Source: Octopus sinensis (lineage: Eukaryota). Taken from it: DNA of 55,176 nt. The DNA is taken from positions 1 through 55,176 of the forward strand of contig NW_021835858.1 in the NCBI RefSeq assembly GCF_006345805.1. The letters run 5' to 3'. The translations under genes and the position numbers were made by a program. Positions 27,201 through 39,405 of the stretch are shown one piece after another (the stretch's first letter is position 1; every line of letters begins with the position of its first letter). Under the pieces are notes generated by a model that saw nothing but the letters and a program-made list of their open reading frames with translations, ran no database searches and was not told the origin of the DNA.

Positions 27201-27420
27201 GCTTGGTGTAGCCAGGTCAGCTGCTGGACAATCCTTTCCGACATGCACAAAAAAGACTTTGCTCAACTGCTGCGTTGTGCACCACTGAAGAGCGCACTTC
27301 TTTTTAATTTCCTTAGAGATATTTGTTGTCTTTCCTCAGGGAAGTTTTTCTCTTTAAGGCCCCTGTAGTTTTGGCGGGGTGTCGGGTGGGTAGACCGGCA
27401 GTTTTTGTTTTGCCATATTA
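24237..27420 (-). mobile_element. CR1-type LINE, near full-length ORF2 (APE endonuclease + RT), pseudogenised; probable ORF1 remnant 27130-27420
   Basis: RT motifs YLDFAKAFDKVDHG, SGVPQGTVLGPLLF and YAGDTK (degenerate YADD). APE motifs LLNIGGL, ALVETHL, SHGGVAVY, MGNFNFPNVKW and RPTRANNIMDL on the minus strand. Several stops and frameshifts. Confidence 0.93.
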
Positions 27421-27513
27421 TATATATATATATGTGTGTGTGTATGCATATATGTCTCTCTCTCTATATATATATATACGTACGTATATATATGTATGGA
27501 TATTATGTATATG

Positions 27514-27562
<49 letters not shown>

Positions 27563-27640
27563 TATATGTTTATATATATATATATTATATATATGCATAT
27601 ATGTTTATATATATATATATATATATTATGCATATATGTT

Positions 27641-27672
<32 letters not shown>

Positions 27673-28450
27673 GCATATATGTGTATATACATATATATAT
27701 ATATATATATTATGCATATATGTTAATATATATATATGTATATATTGCATATATGTGTGTGTATATATATATATGTGTGTGTGTGTGTGTCTTTGAGATT
27801 TGTGAATTTTATGGATGTATATATTTTAGTATTGTACTGTGTTGTATTAGTATTGCTCCATTATCAATTGCCGTATGTGTGAGAAATTTCGTACACTATG
27901 AATGCATTGTCTACAAATGTTTTCCTCCTATTTTTTTTGTGGATGAGTTTGTATAGTGTTGTGCATTGCATTCGCTCATTTGTGTAATTGCTTGGTGAAC
28001 TAGCGGGCAAACAATTTACGATTAATGAGAGTAATGTACAATTAATACACACAAACACACAAACACAAATATCCATGTGTGTGTATGCGTGTATATATTA
28101 TATTAGTGTATTTTTTTTTTATTTTATTAATGTATATGTATAGCTTTATATATCTGTGTACCGGTGCTTTACTCATCATCCATTTATAGATTTTGTACAA
28201 TTTTCCCATTATATATATATAGTATATATATATATGCCAATTTATATTCATGTTTATTATGATAATTACTGGTATCATTATATTACTATATTACTATATT
28301 TTATATCTTATATCTTATATGTAAAGAATAATATGCTATGCGTATGTATGCTATTATAATTATCAGTTTAATAATAAATAAGTTACATTCTAATGTCCAA
28401 AAGTTGATGAACCACCTATTGTTCGACATTTTCTTATTGCTATATATATA

Positions 28451-28508
<58 letters not shown>

Positions 28509-29168
28509 CACATACATACATAAATCATACATCTCTAAATTTATGTTTGTATACATGCATTAACATATGTAACTATATAACTATGTGTTTGTATTTACAC
28601 ATGCGCACACAAACATATAAAACTATACATATACATACATACAAATATACACAAGCATATACATTAATAAAATTGAAAAAATACACTACACTAATATAAT
28701 ATTTTAATATAAACGTATATGTGAATGTATATATATACACACAAGCGCGCGTATATGGCTGTATGTATATATGTATGTATGTGTGTAATATATATATAAT
28801 GTATGTAGTTTTCGGTTCTGTTTATGTTATGGTATATACATAATAGAACAACGTTTCCTGTATGTAAACACAATGTGGAACTAAAGGTTGTTGGAATATT
28901 TTGTCGTCTGTTTAATTGAAACTACAACTGATGTTTTTCTTTCCTTGCTGTTCATGTAGTTGCTACATGTAGTGCTACATGGAAACTGGCATGTAGATCG
29001 ATAAAATATAGTATTTAAATGGAATCAATAGGTGAGATCTGCATCAGCAATATGCGTGATATACAATTAAGCGATGAGAAAACTTCCACTTTATAGACGT
29101 ATTCAGGTTACCTGTGCAAATTGAATTTGATTATTATTAATAATAATGATAATAATAATAATAATAAT

Positions 29169-29727
29169 AGATGCTCTGATGTAGTACCAGGCAGAGGCTC
29201 TCGTGGCTTCTGATCTTAACTGATTGGAAGTGTTATCATGTACATAGTTTTGTCTTGGTATAAAAGATGGGCTACAGCAAATATTCTGCTCAATACCACA
29301 GATTTGTTTGTCAGTTGTTTGATCTTAAACCAGTTGAGCATGTCCCTTACTGGCTGACGATATGTGCATCTCTAATCACAAGCAGAAGTAGTGGGAGAGC
29401 ATCATAGCCATGTGTTGAGAGGGATTATTTAGGGTTTGAATAATTCACCTTTGGAAACATGCGTGGTTCGTTCAACATCCTTAAACAACCCTTATTCAGG
29501 GAACTTTTGAGCGGGATGGGTTACTCGACAAGAATAAAATTCTAACTGGGCCCCACCTGCAAGGTCATTTGCTGTTTATCTTGATATGAGATCACCATGT
29601 CGTGCACATATGGTTGTGATGCATTTGCCTAGTGTACCCTTATCAGATGGGCAGTCATGATGGGTATACTGGGCTTCGTATATTTTACCCCAGTGTCACT
29701 TTGATGGCATGCACTGCTCTCTCATTC

Positions 29728-29728
<1 letters not shown>
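29169..29728 (+). repeat. Family D repeat, full-length copy between (AAT)n tracts
   Basis: Colinear with 14243-14770. Confidence 0.8.
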
Positions 29729-29779
<51 letters not shown>

Positions 29780-30139
29780 GTGGTTCCTCATTCACGCCCA
29801 AGATTAACAAATTTGAAGGGAGCAGTTAAGTCGACTCAGGTACTTGGCTGGTACTTTATTTTATCAACACCAAAAAGATGAAAGATTTGAACATAATATC
29901 AACAACAATCATAATATTTTCTTCATTTGTCACGAAGTCTTGAAGATGTACAATATAATACAATGCACGCTTAACAGGGGACTTATAAATACGTGGTGTG
30001 ACAGACAAGGTGATCGAGAATAAGAGGAGCAGGGAGAGTTTCATACAAAAATTAAGGGGACGAGTTTGGGAATTTATGGCAGGAGACAACTACATGGAAT
30101 TATAGAGCATAACAGAACGTACAATAATTACATACCCAT

Positions 30140-30520
30140 GCACCCCACCTACACATACACACACACACAATCACACCCACATATACACACATACACACAC
30201 ACGTACACAAACACACCCACACCCACACACATACACGCATACATACACACCTGCACACACACATACAAACACACATACACACATACCCACAAACACGCAT
30301 ACACACATACATACTGGCACACACCCACTCACTCATACACACACATACATACACCCACACACACACACACGCACACAAACACACCCACACATACACACAT
30401 ACCCACAAACACACATACATACTCACGCACACCCACACACCCATACACATACATACATACACAAGCACACGCACACTCACACATGCACACATGTACATAT
30501 ATGTGTGTGTGCGTGTATGT
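30140..30520. repeat. Degenerate (CA)n tract
   Basis: Direct reading. Confidence 0.9.
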
Positions 30521-30989
30521 CTGCGTATTTGTGTATGTATGCATGTTGTAGACACTTGCCTAAGGGTGTTAGTCCCACTGCGTGACACCCTTGGGCAAGT
30601 TTCTTCTTCTATAGCCTCGGGCCGACTTAAGCCTTGTGAGATGACTTAGTAAAGAGAAACTCTGAGTAGCGAATAGTTTCTTGTTTTAGAGATGCGTTCC
30701 TTAGCAGATTTGTTCATATCACGCCTTGTGTCTACCAGCAATCTACAGAATCTGAGTTCATGGTGTATTCTATTTGAAGAGTTCGGCGCTGGCATATGAG
30801 AAATTGAGAGAAAAAACGAGAAGGTAGATTCAAAGGTTAGAAGAGGGAGTAAAATCCGAAAAAGAAATTAAAGAAAGAAAATTAGAGTGACATCCCCATT
30901 TACCGTACAAGACCTAACTATAGAATGATTCAACGGATATGGGGCCAAAGCCTGCGAGACAACTGCTGAATCCGGAGAGGGGGATGTCC

Positions 30990-31450
30990 ACCTGTAGGTC
31001 AAAAGAAATTTGTCCATGTATTTGCATCTGCTGAAAATCTCGGATCTGGAATTAAATAGGGCGGTGGGTTTGCTTAATTCTAAAAAGATTGTGCGACCTT
31101 TCAGCTACGCACAAGTTGCATTTCTCAGATCCATTTACATATTGCATAAATTTCTCTACGATTCTCTAGGCGACTGTATGTGATGTGCAGTTGGTTTTCA
31201 AACCCCATACGTGGCGAGCCAGCTTAGTAGCTTTCCTTTTGTCGATGTGCCGAAAAGAAGATAGTTGGTTTGCATAGCATTGATTTCGATAAACGGTATC
31301 CAAGCCACAATTAAAAGTACTTTTACAATTATATATTTGAGAGGATATCCACAACTCTCGAAGAAAAAAAAAATATAGCAAAAGTCTGTCGGCCTTCTTC
31401 GGCTTGTACTTGATCCTCAGCATCTTAGACGAGTGAGATTACTGTGAAGA
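30990..31450 (-). mobile_element. Penelope-like element GIY-YIG endonuclease remnant
   Basis: SSFRHIDKRKATKLARHVWGLK...*RIVEKFMQYVNGSEKCNLCVAER...NSRSEIFSRCKYMDKFLL matches the PLE endonuclease C-terminal pattern (F+H..K..ATxLSxHVW.LK; W.I; C.LCLxEK; LLN.RSE...C.H..KF.L). Confidence 0.75.
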
Positions 31451-31746
31451 GACGCTGTTCTTCGGTGTTCTAGTTGTTGTCTGGCAGTGCGTGCGGGGTT
31501 TGTTTTTTTGTAACGGATTCCAGAATTGTACTGGTGCCACACACACACAGATATGAACATAGAAACGGGTGTGTATGTATACATACAGAAAAAATACACT
31601 TGTAACGTTATATAAATATATTTATACTCCCTTATAAGCTATGTTGTATACGCATATATATATAAATATTGCGGTACCTTGCACTTTCACTTTGTTATTA
31701 TATATAAATATATATGCGCGTATGTATGTATGTAAGTATGTATGTA

Positions 31747-31795
<49 letters not shown>

Positions 31796-31957
31796 GCATA
31801 TATATATATATATATATATATATTGCATATATATAAAATATATATGCTATATATATATATATATATGCATATATTATATATATAGATAGGCTATGCATAT
31901 ATATATATATATATATATATGATTTTATAGCATATATATATCTATTATATATATATA

Positions 31958-31991
<34 letters not shown>

Positions 31992-32004
31992 TTATATATA
32001 TTTA

Positions 32005-32069
<65 letters not shown>

Positions 32070-32083
32070 GGCATAATATATGC

Positions 32084-32116
<33 letters not shown>

Positions 32117-32222
32117 TTTAGAGACAAAACCAACCACTATTTGCAAAACAAACAAGGAAAGACTTAATCAATACATAAAATTTTAATAATAGTCAAAAAA
32201 ATTGACACTGAATTATTGAAGT

Positions 32223-32264
32223 CCACCTGAAGATTGTCGATCAAGACAAGAAAGATTGTAGTGG
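32223..32264 (+). ncRNA. Type I hammerhead ribozyme motif in the loop of an inverted repeat
   Basis: CCAC-CTGAAGA-TTGTC(gatcaa)GACAA-GAAA-g-att-GTA-GTGG; only defect is a G.G mismatch in minimal stem III. Confidence 0.65.
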
Positions 32265-32429
32265 CGGTTTTTTGACTATTTATTAAAATTTTATGTATTG
32301 ATTAAGTCTTTCCTTGTTTGTTTGCAAAATAGTGGTTTTGTCTCTATAATATTTTATAATATTTTACTATAAAATCGATTTAATCCTAAATCTGATTTTT
32401 TCCCTGTAAATTTGGATTTATTCCCTAAT

Positions 32430-32439
32430 ATTTATTATT

Positions 32440-32471
<32 letters not shown>

Positions 32472-32489
32472 ATGCATTATATATATATA

Positions 32490-32527
<38 letters not shown>

Positions 32528-32638
32528 TATATATATATATTATATATGCATATATATATGCATATATATACATGTACATATAATATATGTGTATTTTATA
32601 TATATGATATATGAAAATATATCATTTACATATTTTTT

Positions 32639-32678
<40 letters not shown>

Positions 32679-32935
32679 ATATATATATATATATATATAT
32701 AATATATATATATATATATAATATATTATATATATAATATATATATATATTATATATATAAAATATATATATATATATATTATATATAATATATATCTAT
32801 ATATATAGATTATATATATATATATATATAGATATATATATATATATATAGATATAGATATATATATATATATATATTGATATAGATATATATATATAGA
32901 TATAGATATATATATATATATATATATTGATATAG

Positions 32936-32976
<41 letters not shown>

Positions 32977-33104
32977 TGATATAGATATATAATATATATA
33001 TATAATATATATAATATATAATATATAGAATAGATATATTATATAATATATAGATAGATATATATATATAATATATAGATATATATATTCTAATATATAT
33101 ATAT

Positions 33105-33161
<57 letters not shown>

Positions 33162-33165
33162 TATC

Positions 33166-33242
<77 letters not shown>

Positions 33243-33255
33243 TATATATATCATA

Positions 33256-33333
<78 letters not shown>

Positions 33334-33374
33334 TATAACTATATCTATATATAAATATATATATATATATATAT

Positions 33375-33424
<50 letters not shown>

Positions 33425-33585
33425 TAAATATATATATATATAATTATATAAATATAGAATATTTATATATATATATATAAATCTATATATATAGATTATA
33501 TATATATATATATATAATCTATATATATATATATTATATATATATATATATATTATATATATAAATATATATATAATATAGATAT

Positions 33586-33624
<39 letters not shown>

Positions 33625-33708
33625 GTCTAATATATATAAATATATATATAATATATATATATATCATATAAATATATATATATATAATATATATATATAA
33701 ATATATAT

Positions 33709-33759
<51 letters not shown>

Positions 33760-33760
33760 A
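32430..33760. repeat. Degenerate (TA)n array, about 1.3 kb
   Basis: Almost pure A/T alternation with sporadic G/C. Confidence 0.95.
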
Positions 33761-33934
33761 CTTAATTCACAGATTGTCAAATATTGTTAAGAAGGAAAGT
33801 GAATAAGTATTTATTTATATAATTTGATAAATTCAACATTCCTTTTTGCTCAATTTGTCATCGAATATAATATTAGTAGTATCATTATGGTTTACAATAT
33901 CTTTTATATATTTTGATATGTCATATATATATAT

Positions 33935-33984
<50 letters not shown>

Positions 33985-34313
33985 CTGAAATAAACCGCTT
34001 TACCTCTCTTTTGCTCCCACATTTTATTTCTGTATATACATACATTTTCTTCTGCTGTCTTTGTTTCGCTCGCTGGTTCTGTCTCCTGCACTCTCTCTCT
34101 CTCTAAATATATATGTATATATATGTGTATATATATATGTGTGTATATATATATATATGTATATCCTCGCTGCACTCCCTCTCACCTTTCTGCATCTGTT
34201 ACTTTACAATTACCTCGCACTCATCCACTTGCCAACTTACCTAGCGATCCATCCATATGTATGTATATATATATATATACATATCACATATATAATATGT
34301 ATATATAATATTA

Positions 34314-34345
<32 letters not shown>

Positions 34346-35057
34346 CATATACACAATATAATATGTATCTATATATATATATATATAGATATATATTACA
34401 TATACACATATATAATATTGTATTATAATATAATATACCATATATAATATGTATATATATATAATATCATATATGATATATATATAATGTATATATGTAT
34501 ATGTATATGCGTGTAAGTATGTATATGTATATGTGTGTGTATTTATATATACATTCATGTATGTGTATGTATATATACATATAACACATATACATACGTC
34601 TGTGTGTGTGCATATACATGCGTGTGTATACATCTCAGCCTCTCAGCACCTGCAAAATTTGTTTGAGACTAATGCAATTTTAATGATGGAAGTCATAAAC
34701 TACAGAGAAATTAATCATAAAAATGTTTTTTCTTTCTTTTGCTGTCATCGCCATGTTGTTTCGAAATAATTACACTCATCATATATATTTCTCGCTCTCA
34801 ATTCTCTGACCAAGGAAACCAACAAGCAGCAGCAGCAGCAGTAGGTTGGGGAGTACTAACGGAGGAGGAGGATTAGTAACGGTTGCTGTAGTAGTAGGAG
34901 GGGGGAATAGTAGTAGTAGTTGTAGTAGTAGAGGGGGATAGTCGACCCCGAAACGATGAAAGGCAAAGTCGACCTCGGCGGAATTTGAACTCAGAACGTA
35001 AAAACGGACGAAATACCGCTAAAGCATTTCACCCAGCCTGCTAACGATTCTGTCAGC

Positions 35058-35058
<1 letters not shown>

Positions 35059-35110
<52 letters not shown>

Positions 35111-35143
35111 CGCAATAATAATAATAATAATAATAATAATCGC

Positions 35144-35188
<45 letters not shown>

Positions 35189-35191
35189 CGC

Positions 35192-35227
<36 letters not shown>

Positions 35228-35230
35228 CGC

Positions 35231-35263
<33 letters not shown>

Positions 35264-35293
35264 CGCAATAATAATAATAATAATAATAATCGC

Positions 35294-35323
<30 letters not shown>
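35059..35323. repeat. (AAT)n array punctuated by CGC
   Basis: CGC at 35111, 35141, 35189, 35228, 35264 and 35291. Confidence 0.95.
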
Positions 35324-35326
<3 letters not shown>

Positions 35327-36930
35327 GCTACCTTTATCAAAGGAAAAATGATAGAAACATCTAACGTTAACCTTGACCAGCAGAATGTCATAAATATCTA
35401 GGGGTAATTGAAGGAGACGGAATAAGGCATTCAGAGATGAAGGAAAGGATCAGGAGAGAATGTTATCGCAGAGTAAGAGCAATATTCAAGACAGAGCTGA
35501 ATGCGAGAAACAGGATCGAAGCGATCAATGCATTAGCCATACCAGTCGTGACTTACAGTTACAATATCGTTAACTGGTCAATTACTGAAATATGTAACCT
35601 TGACAGAAAAATACGAAAACTGTTGACAATGCATAGAATACACCACCCTAAGGCAGATACAGAACGACTTTATCTGCCAAGAAAATAGGGAGGCCGTGGA
35701 CTTATACAACTGGCAATAACAATGAAGATTGCTACAATTGGCCTAGACACCTACCTGAAAAAGTCTGAGGACTGGATGTTAAAACTTGTCTCAAAACATG
35801 AAAACAAGAAAGCATCATACTCAGTAACAAAACAGGCAAAGGAATATCTAAGTGAATTCCGAATACAACAAATTTCGGAATTAGAGATAGACATACAAGA
35901 AACAGGCACAGAAAAAGCTAAGCGCATGAAAACCCGTGCTAAATCTGCGGCCTTAGATATTCTGAATGATAAATGGCAAGAAAAACCTCTCTATGGCAAA
36001 TACCCAAAGAGAGCGAATAATGCAGATGTTGACAAAGGCCTGACCCATCAATGGCTAAAGGCCTCTGGCTTAAAATCTGAAACAGAGGGGTTTATCATAG
36101 CAGCTCAAGATCAATACCTACCATCAAGAAACTACCAGGCCAACATATTAAAGATCAGTAGCAGTCCAACGTGTCGTGTATGCCGACAACAAAATGAAAC
36201 CATAGATCATGTGGTCTCCAAGTGCAGTCTTCTAGCGCCTACAGAGTATCTCAACAGGCACGATAGAGCTGCACAAATATTCACTGGGTAATCTGCAAAA
36301 ACCTGGATTTGCCCATGAAAAAACTGGTGGGAACACAAACCACCCCCAGTGCTTGAAAATGACCATATCTCACTCCTCTGGAACTTCACCATTCAAACTG
36401 ACAGGAAGATAGATGCAAATAGGCCAGACATCATATTGAAAGTCTTCAAACAAAGAACATGCCTCCTCATTGATATGACTGTCCCAATCGATATAAACGT
36501 ATCTGTCAAGACCTACCAAAAACTGAGCAAATATAAAGATCTTGAAATAGAAATCAGCAAAATGTGGAACCTGAAGACTAAAACAATACCTGTTGTCATA
36601 GGTGCACTGGGAATGATAGCAAAAGGGACTGATAACTACCTAACTCAGATACCAGGAAACCCCAAAAGAGCAGAAATTCAAAAGATAGTGCTCATGGGAA
36701 CTGCTCATATCCTACGCAAAATACTTTCTATGTAATCTCAAGGTTTAAAACAAACATTTTATTTATTTATTTATTTATTTTTTAGACATCCATCAGTACA
36801 ACACAAAAAACAACCAAATATATGGCACACTAGGCATAACAACAACGTGAACTTCCAGCCTGTTGTCTCTTGAGGTCTCCGGGTGAGACTTGGAGCCAAC
36901 TTGTGTAAATATAAAGCAAAAGTCAAACAT
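35324..36930 (+). mobile_element. R4/Dong-clade LINE, 1.6-kb 5'-truncated pseudogenised copy (RT C-end, CCHC knuckle, RLE endonuclease, 3' UTR)
   Basis: KYLG; RLYLPRK*GGRGL; SETEGFIIAAQDQ; CRVCRQQNETIDHVVSKC; LWNFTIQTDRKIDANRPDIILK...IDMTVP...KLSKYKDLEIEISKMWNLKTKTIPVVIGALG. One nonsense codon (35686) and a frameshift near 36285. (AAT)n arrays on both sides. Confidence 0.92.
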
Positions 36931-37019
36931 ATAATAATAATAATAATAATAATCACAATAATAATAATAATAATAACAACAATTACAATAATAATAATAA
37001 TAATAATAATAACAATCAC

Positions 37020-37052
<33 letters not shown>

Positions 37053-37055
37053 CAC

Positions 37056-37087
<32 letters not shown>

Positions 37088-37225
37088 TAATAATAATCAC
37101 AATAACAACAACAACAATAATAATAATAATAATGATAATCACAATAATAATAATAATAATAATCACAATAATAATAATAATGATAATGATAATAATAATC
37201 ACAATAGCAACAACAACAACAATAA

Positions 37226-37259
<34 letters not shown>

Positions 37260-37537
37260 CACAATAATAATAATAATAATAACAACAATTACAATAATAA
37301 TAATAATAATAATAATAACAATCACAATAATAATAATAATAATATAATAATAATAATCACAATAATAATAATAATAAAATAATAATAATAATAATGATAA
37401 TAATAATCACAATAACAACAACAACAATAATAATAATAATATAATAATAATCACAATAATAATAATAATAATAATCACAATAATAATAATAATGATAATG
37501 ATAATAATAATCACAATAGCAACAACAACAACAATAA

Positions 37538-37571
<34 letters not shown>

Positions 37572-37622
37572 TATAATAATAATAAAGATAATAATGATGA
37601 TGATAATAATAATAATAATGTT
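36931..37622. repeat. Compound (AAT)n array with an internal duplication of about 310 bp
   Basis: Diagnostic interruptions recur at a spacing of about 306-312 bp. Confidence 0.9.
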
Positions 37623-38727
37623 TTCTTTATTGACTACAAGGTCGAACGCAAACCACATAGAGGACAATGCACCACAAGGGACAAATAGGGCTCAGAACAA
37701 CGTCGTGTAAAAACATAATATTTAGCAATAACAATCAATAATGAAATTAAGCAATAAAATCTCGCAAAGTGGGGAGAAATTTTTGTTAATGTTGACATAT
37801 TTACTGTAAAGAGTATTTAATAGCTAAATAGAAATTAATGTATGATGCAACAGATAAGTAGTAATTTAATGTTGATGTTTAACATCGCGTGATCATGTCA
37901 CCGACGAGACTATAGGATGTTGTTATAAATTGCTGGTCACAATGCGCTTTTGCATCGTTTTTAGCTTTCGAATGATGCCACCCTGCTGGCTAGGCAAGCA
38001 GGCCAACAGTCCCTCTGATTGGACGACTCTTCCATCACAGAGTCACCCATTTACAGTCTAGTGGACTGGAGCAACGTGAAATGAGATATTTTGCTCCAGG
38101 AATCGAACCCACGATCTCTAGATTATGAGAATCACAAACACTCTAACCACTAGGCCACGCATTTTGTATAAGGCACATTAAATTGCTAACTGGACATGAT
38201 AATTCCGATTTCACCATAGTTGCTGAGCTTATCACTAAATAAATGTAAAATATTGTTGACTGGTTGGCAATGAACTGACTTAAGATGCCGCCTAGATGAC
38301 TACGGCATCCTTTAAATAAAAGTCCCAACCAAAAATTTCATTATATTGCCTTTCAATCTGAACCTATAAGTTTCTTCTCCCTGTCAGATCGAGTTAGAAT
38401 GGTCAGCTTTATTTTATTACATGGCGGCATGCATTAACTAAATATATTACCAAGTATTTTTATCGTTTAAAATATATTTTAGTCATTATCACTAACAATA
38501 TGGTTGTTTAGTCACGTAGTCTCACAGAAAAGCTCTTTAAGCAAAGGCTCTTCACCCATGACAATCTTATAATTGTCACTAATTGTGACTAGGGTGTTAG
38601 AAAACACTGCTACATGGCTAGAAATAAGAGCTAAATGCCCTAATACTGTTGTCAACGTACATATATGTAAACATCTACACTAACAGGGACCTTAATCATC
38701 CGCAAAGTGCCGATCGAGAATTATTTA

Positions 38728-38771
38728 TACTGACGTCAGTTTCGGCAATTCCTGTTTGCCTCTTCAGAAAG
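38728..38771 (-). ncRNA. Type I hammerhead ribozyme motif (intact core, weak stem I)
   Basis: Minus strand reads cttt-CTGAAGA-GGCAA(acaggaa)TTGCC-GAAAC-tgac-GTC-agta. Confidence 0.6.
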
Positions 38772-39016
38772 GACCGGCTCAAACTTCGGCTCTTTCCGGA
38801 CTCCCTTCTCTATTAGTATACTTTTTACTCTTTTACTTGTTTCAGTCATTTGCGGCCATGCTGGAACACCACCTTTAGTCGAGCAACTCGACCCCAGGAC
38901 TTATTCTTTATAAGCCTAGTACTTATTCTATCGGTCTCTTTTACCGAACCGCTAAGTTATGAGGACATAAACACAGCATTGGTTGTCAAACGATGTTGGG
39001 GAGACAAACACACACA

Positions 39017-39109
<93 letters not shown>

Positions 39110-39359
39110 TACACAGGACGGGCTTCTTTCAGTTTCCGTCAACCAAATCCACTCCCAAGGCTTTGGTCGGCCCGAGGCTATATTAGCCCCAGATGCCACA
39201 CAGTGGGACTGAACCTGGAACCATGCTGGCGTGTTTACTTCCCCGTAACTTAACGGTTCCGCAAAAAGAGACCGATAGAATAAGTACTAGGTTTACTGGG
39301 GTCGGTGCTCCAGCATGGCCGCAGTCAAATGACTGAAACAAGTAAAAGAAAATAAAAGA

Positions 39360-39405
<46 letters not shown>

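Noticed and set aside
29927-30130. TGTCAC start and TATAAATA suggesting a second solo LTR
   Set aside because: No matching 3' terminus with a TSD found
35059-35323. Repeat-spacer-like periodicity
   Set aside because: Spacers are just (AAT)n; eukaryotic microsatellite, not a CRISPR array
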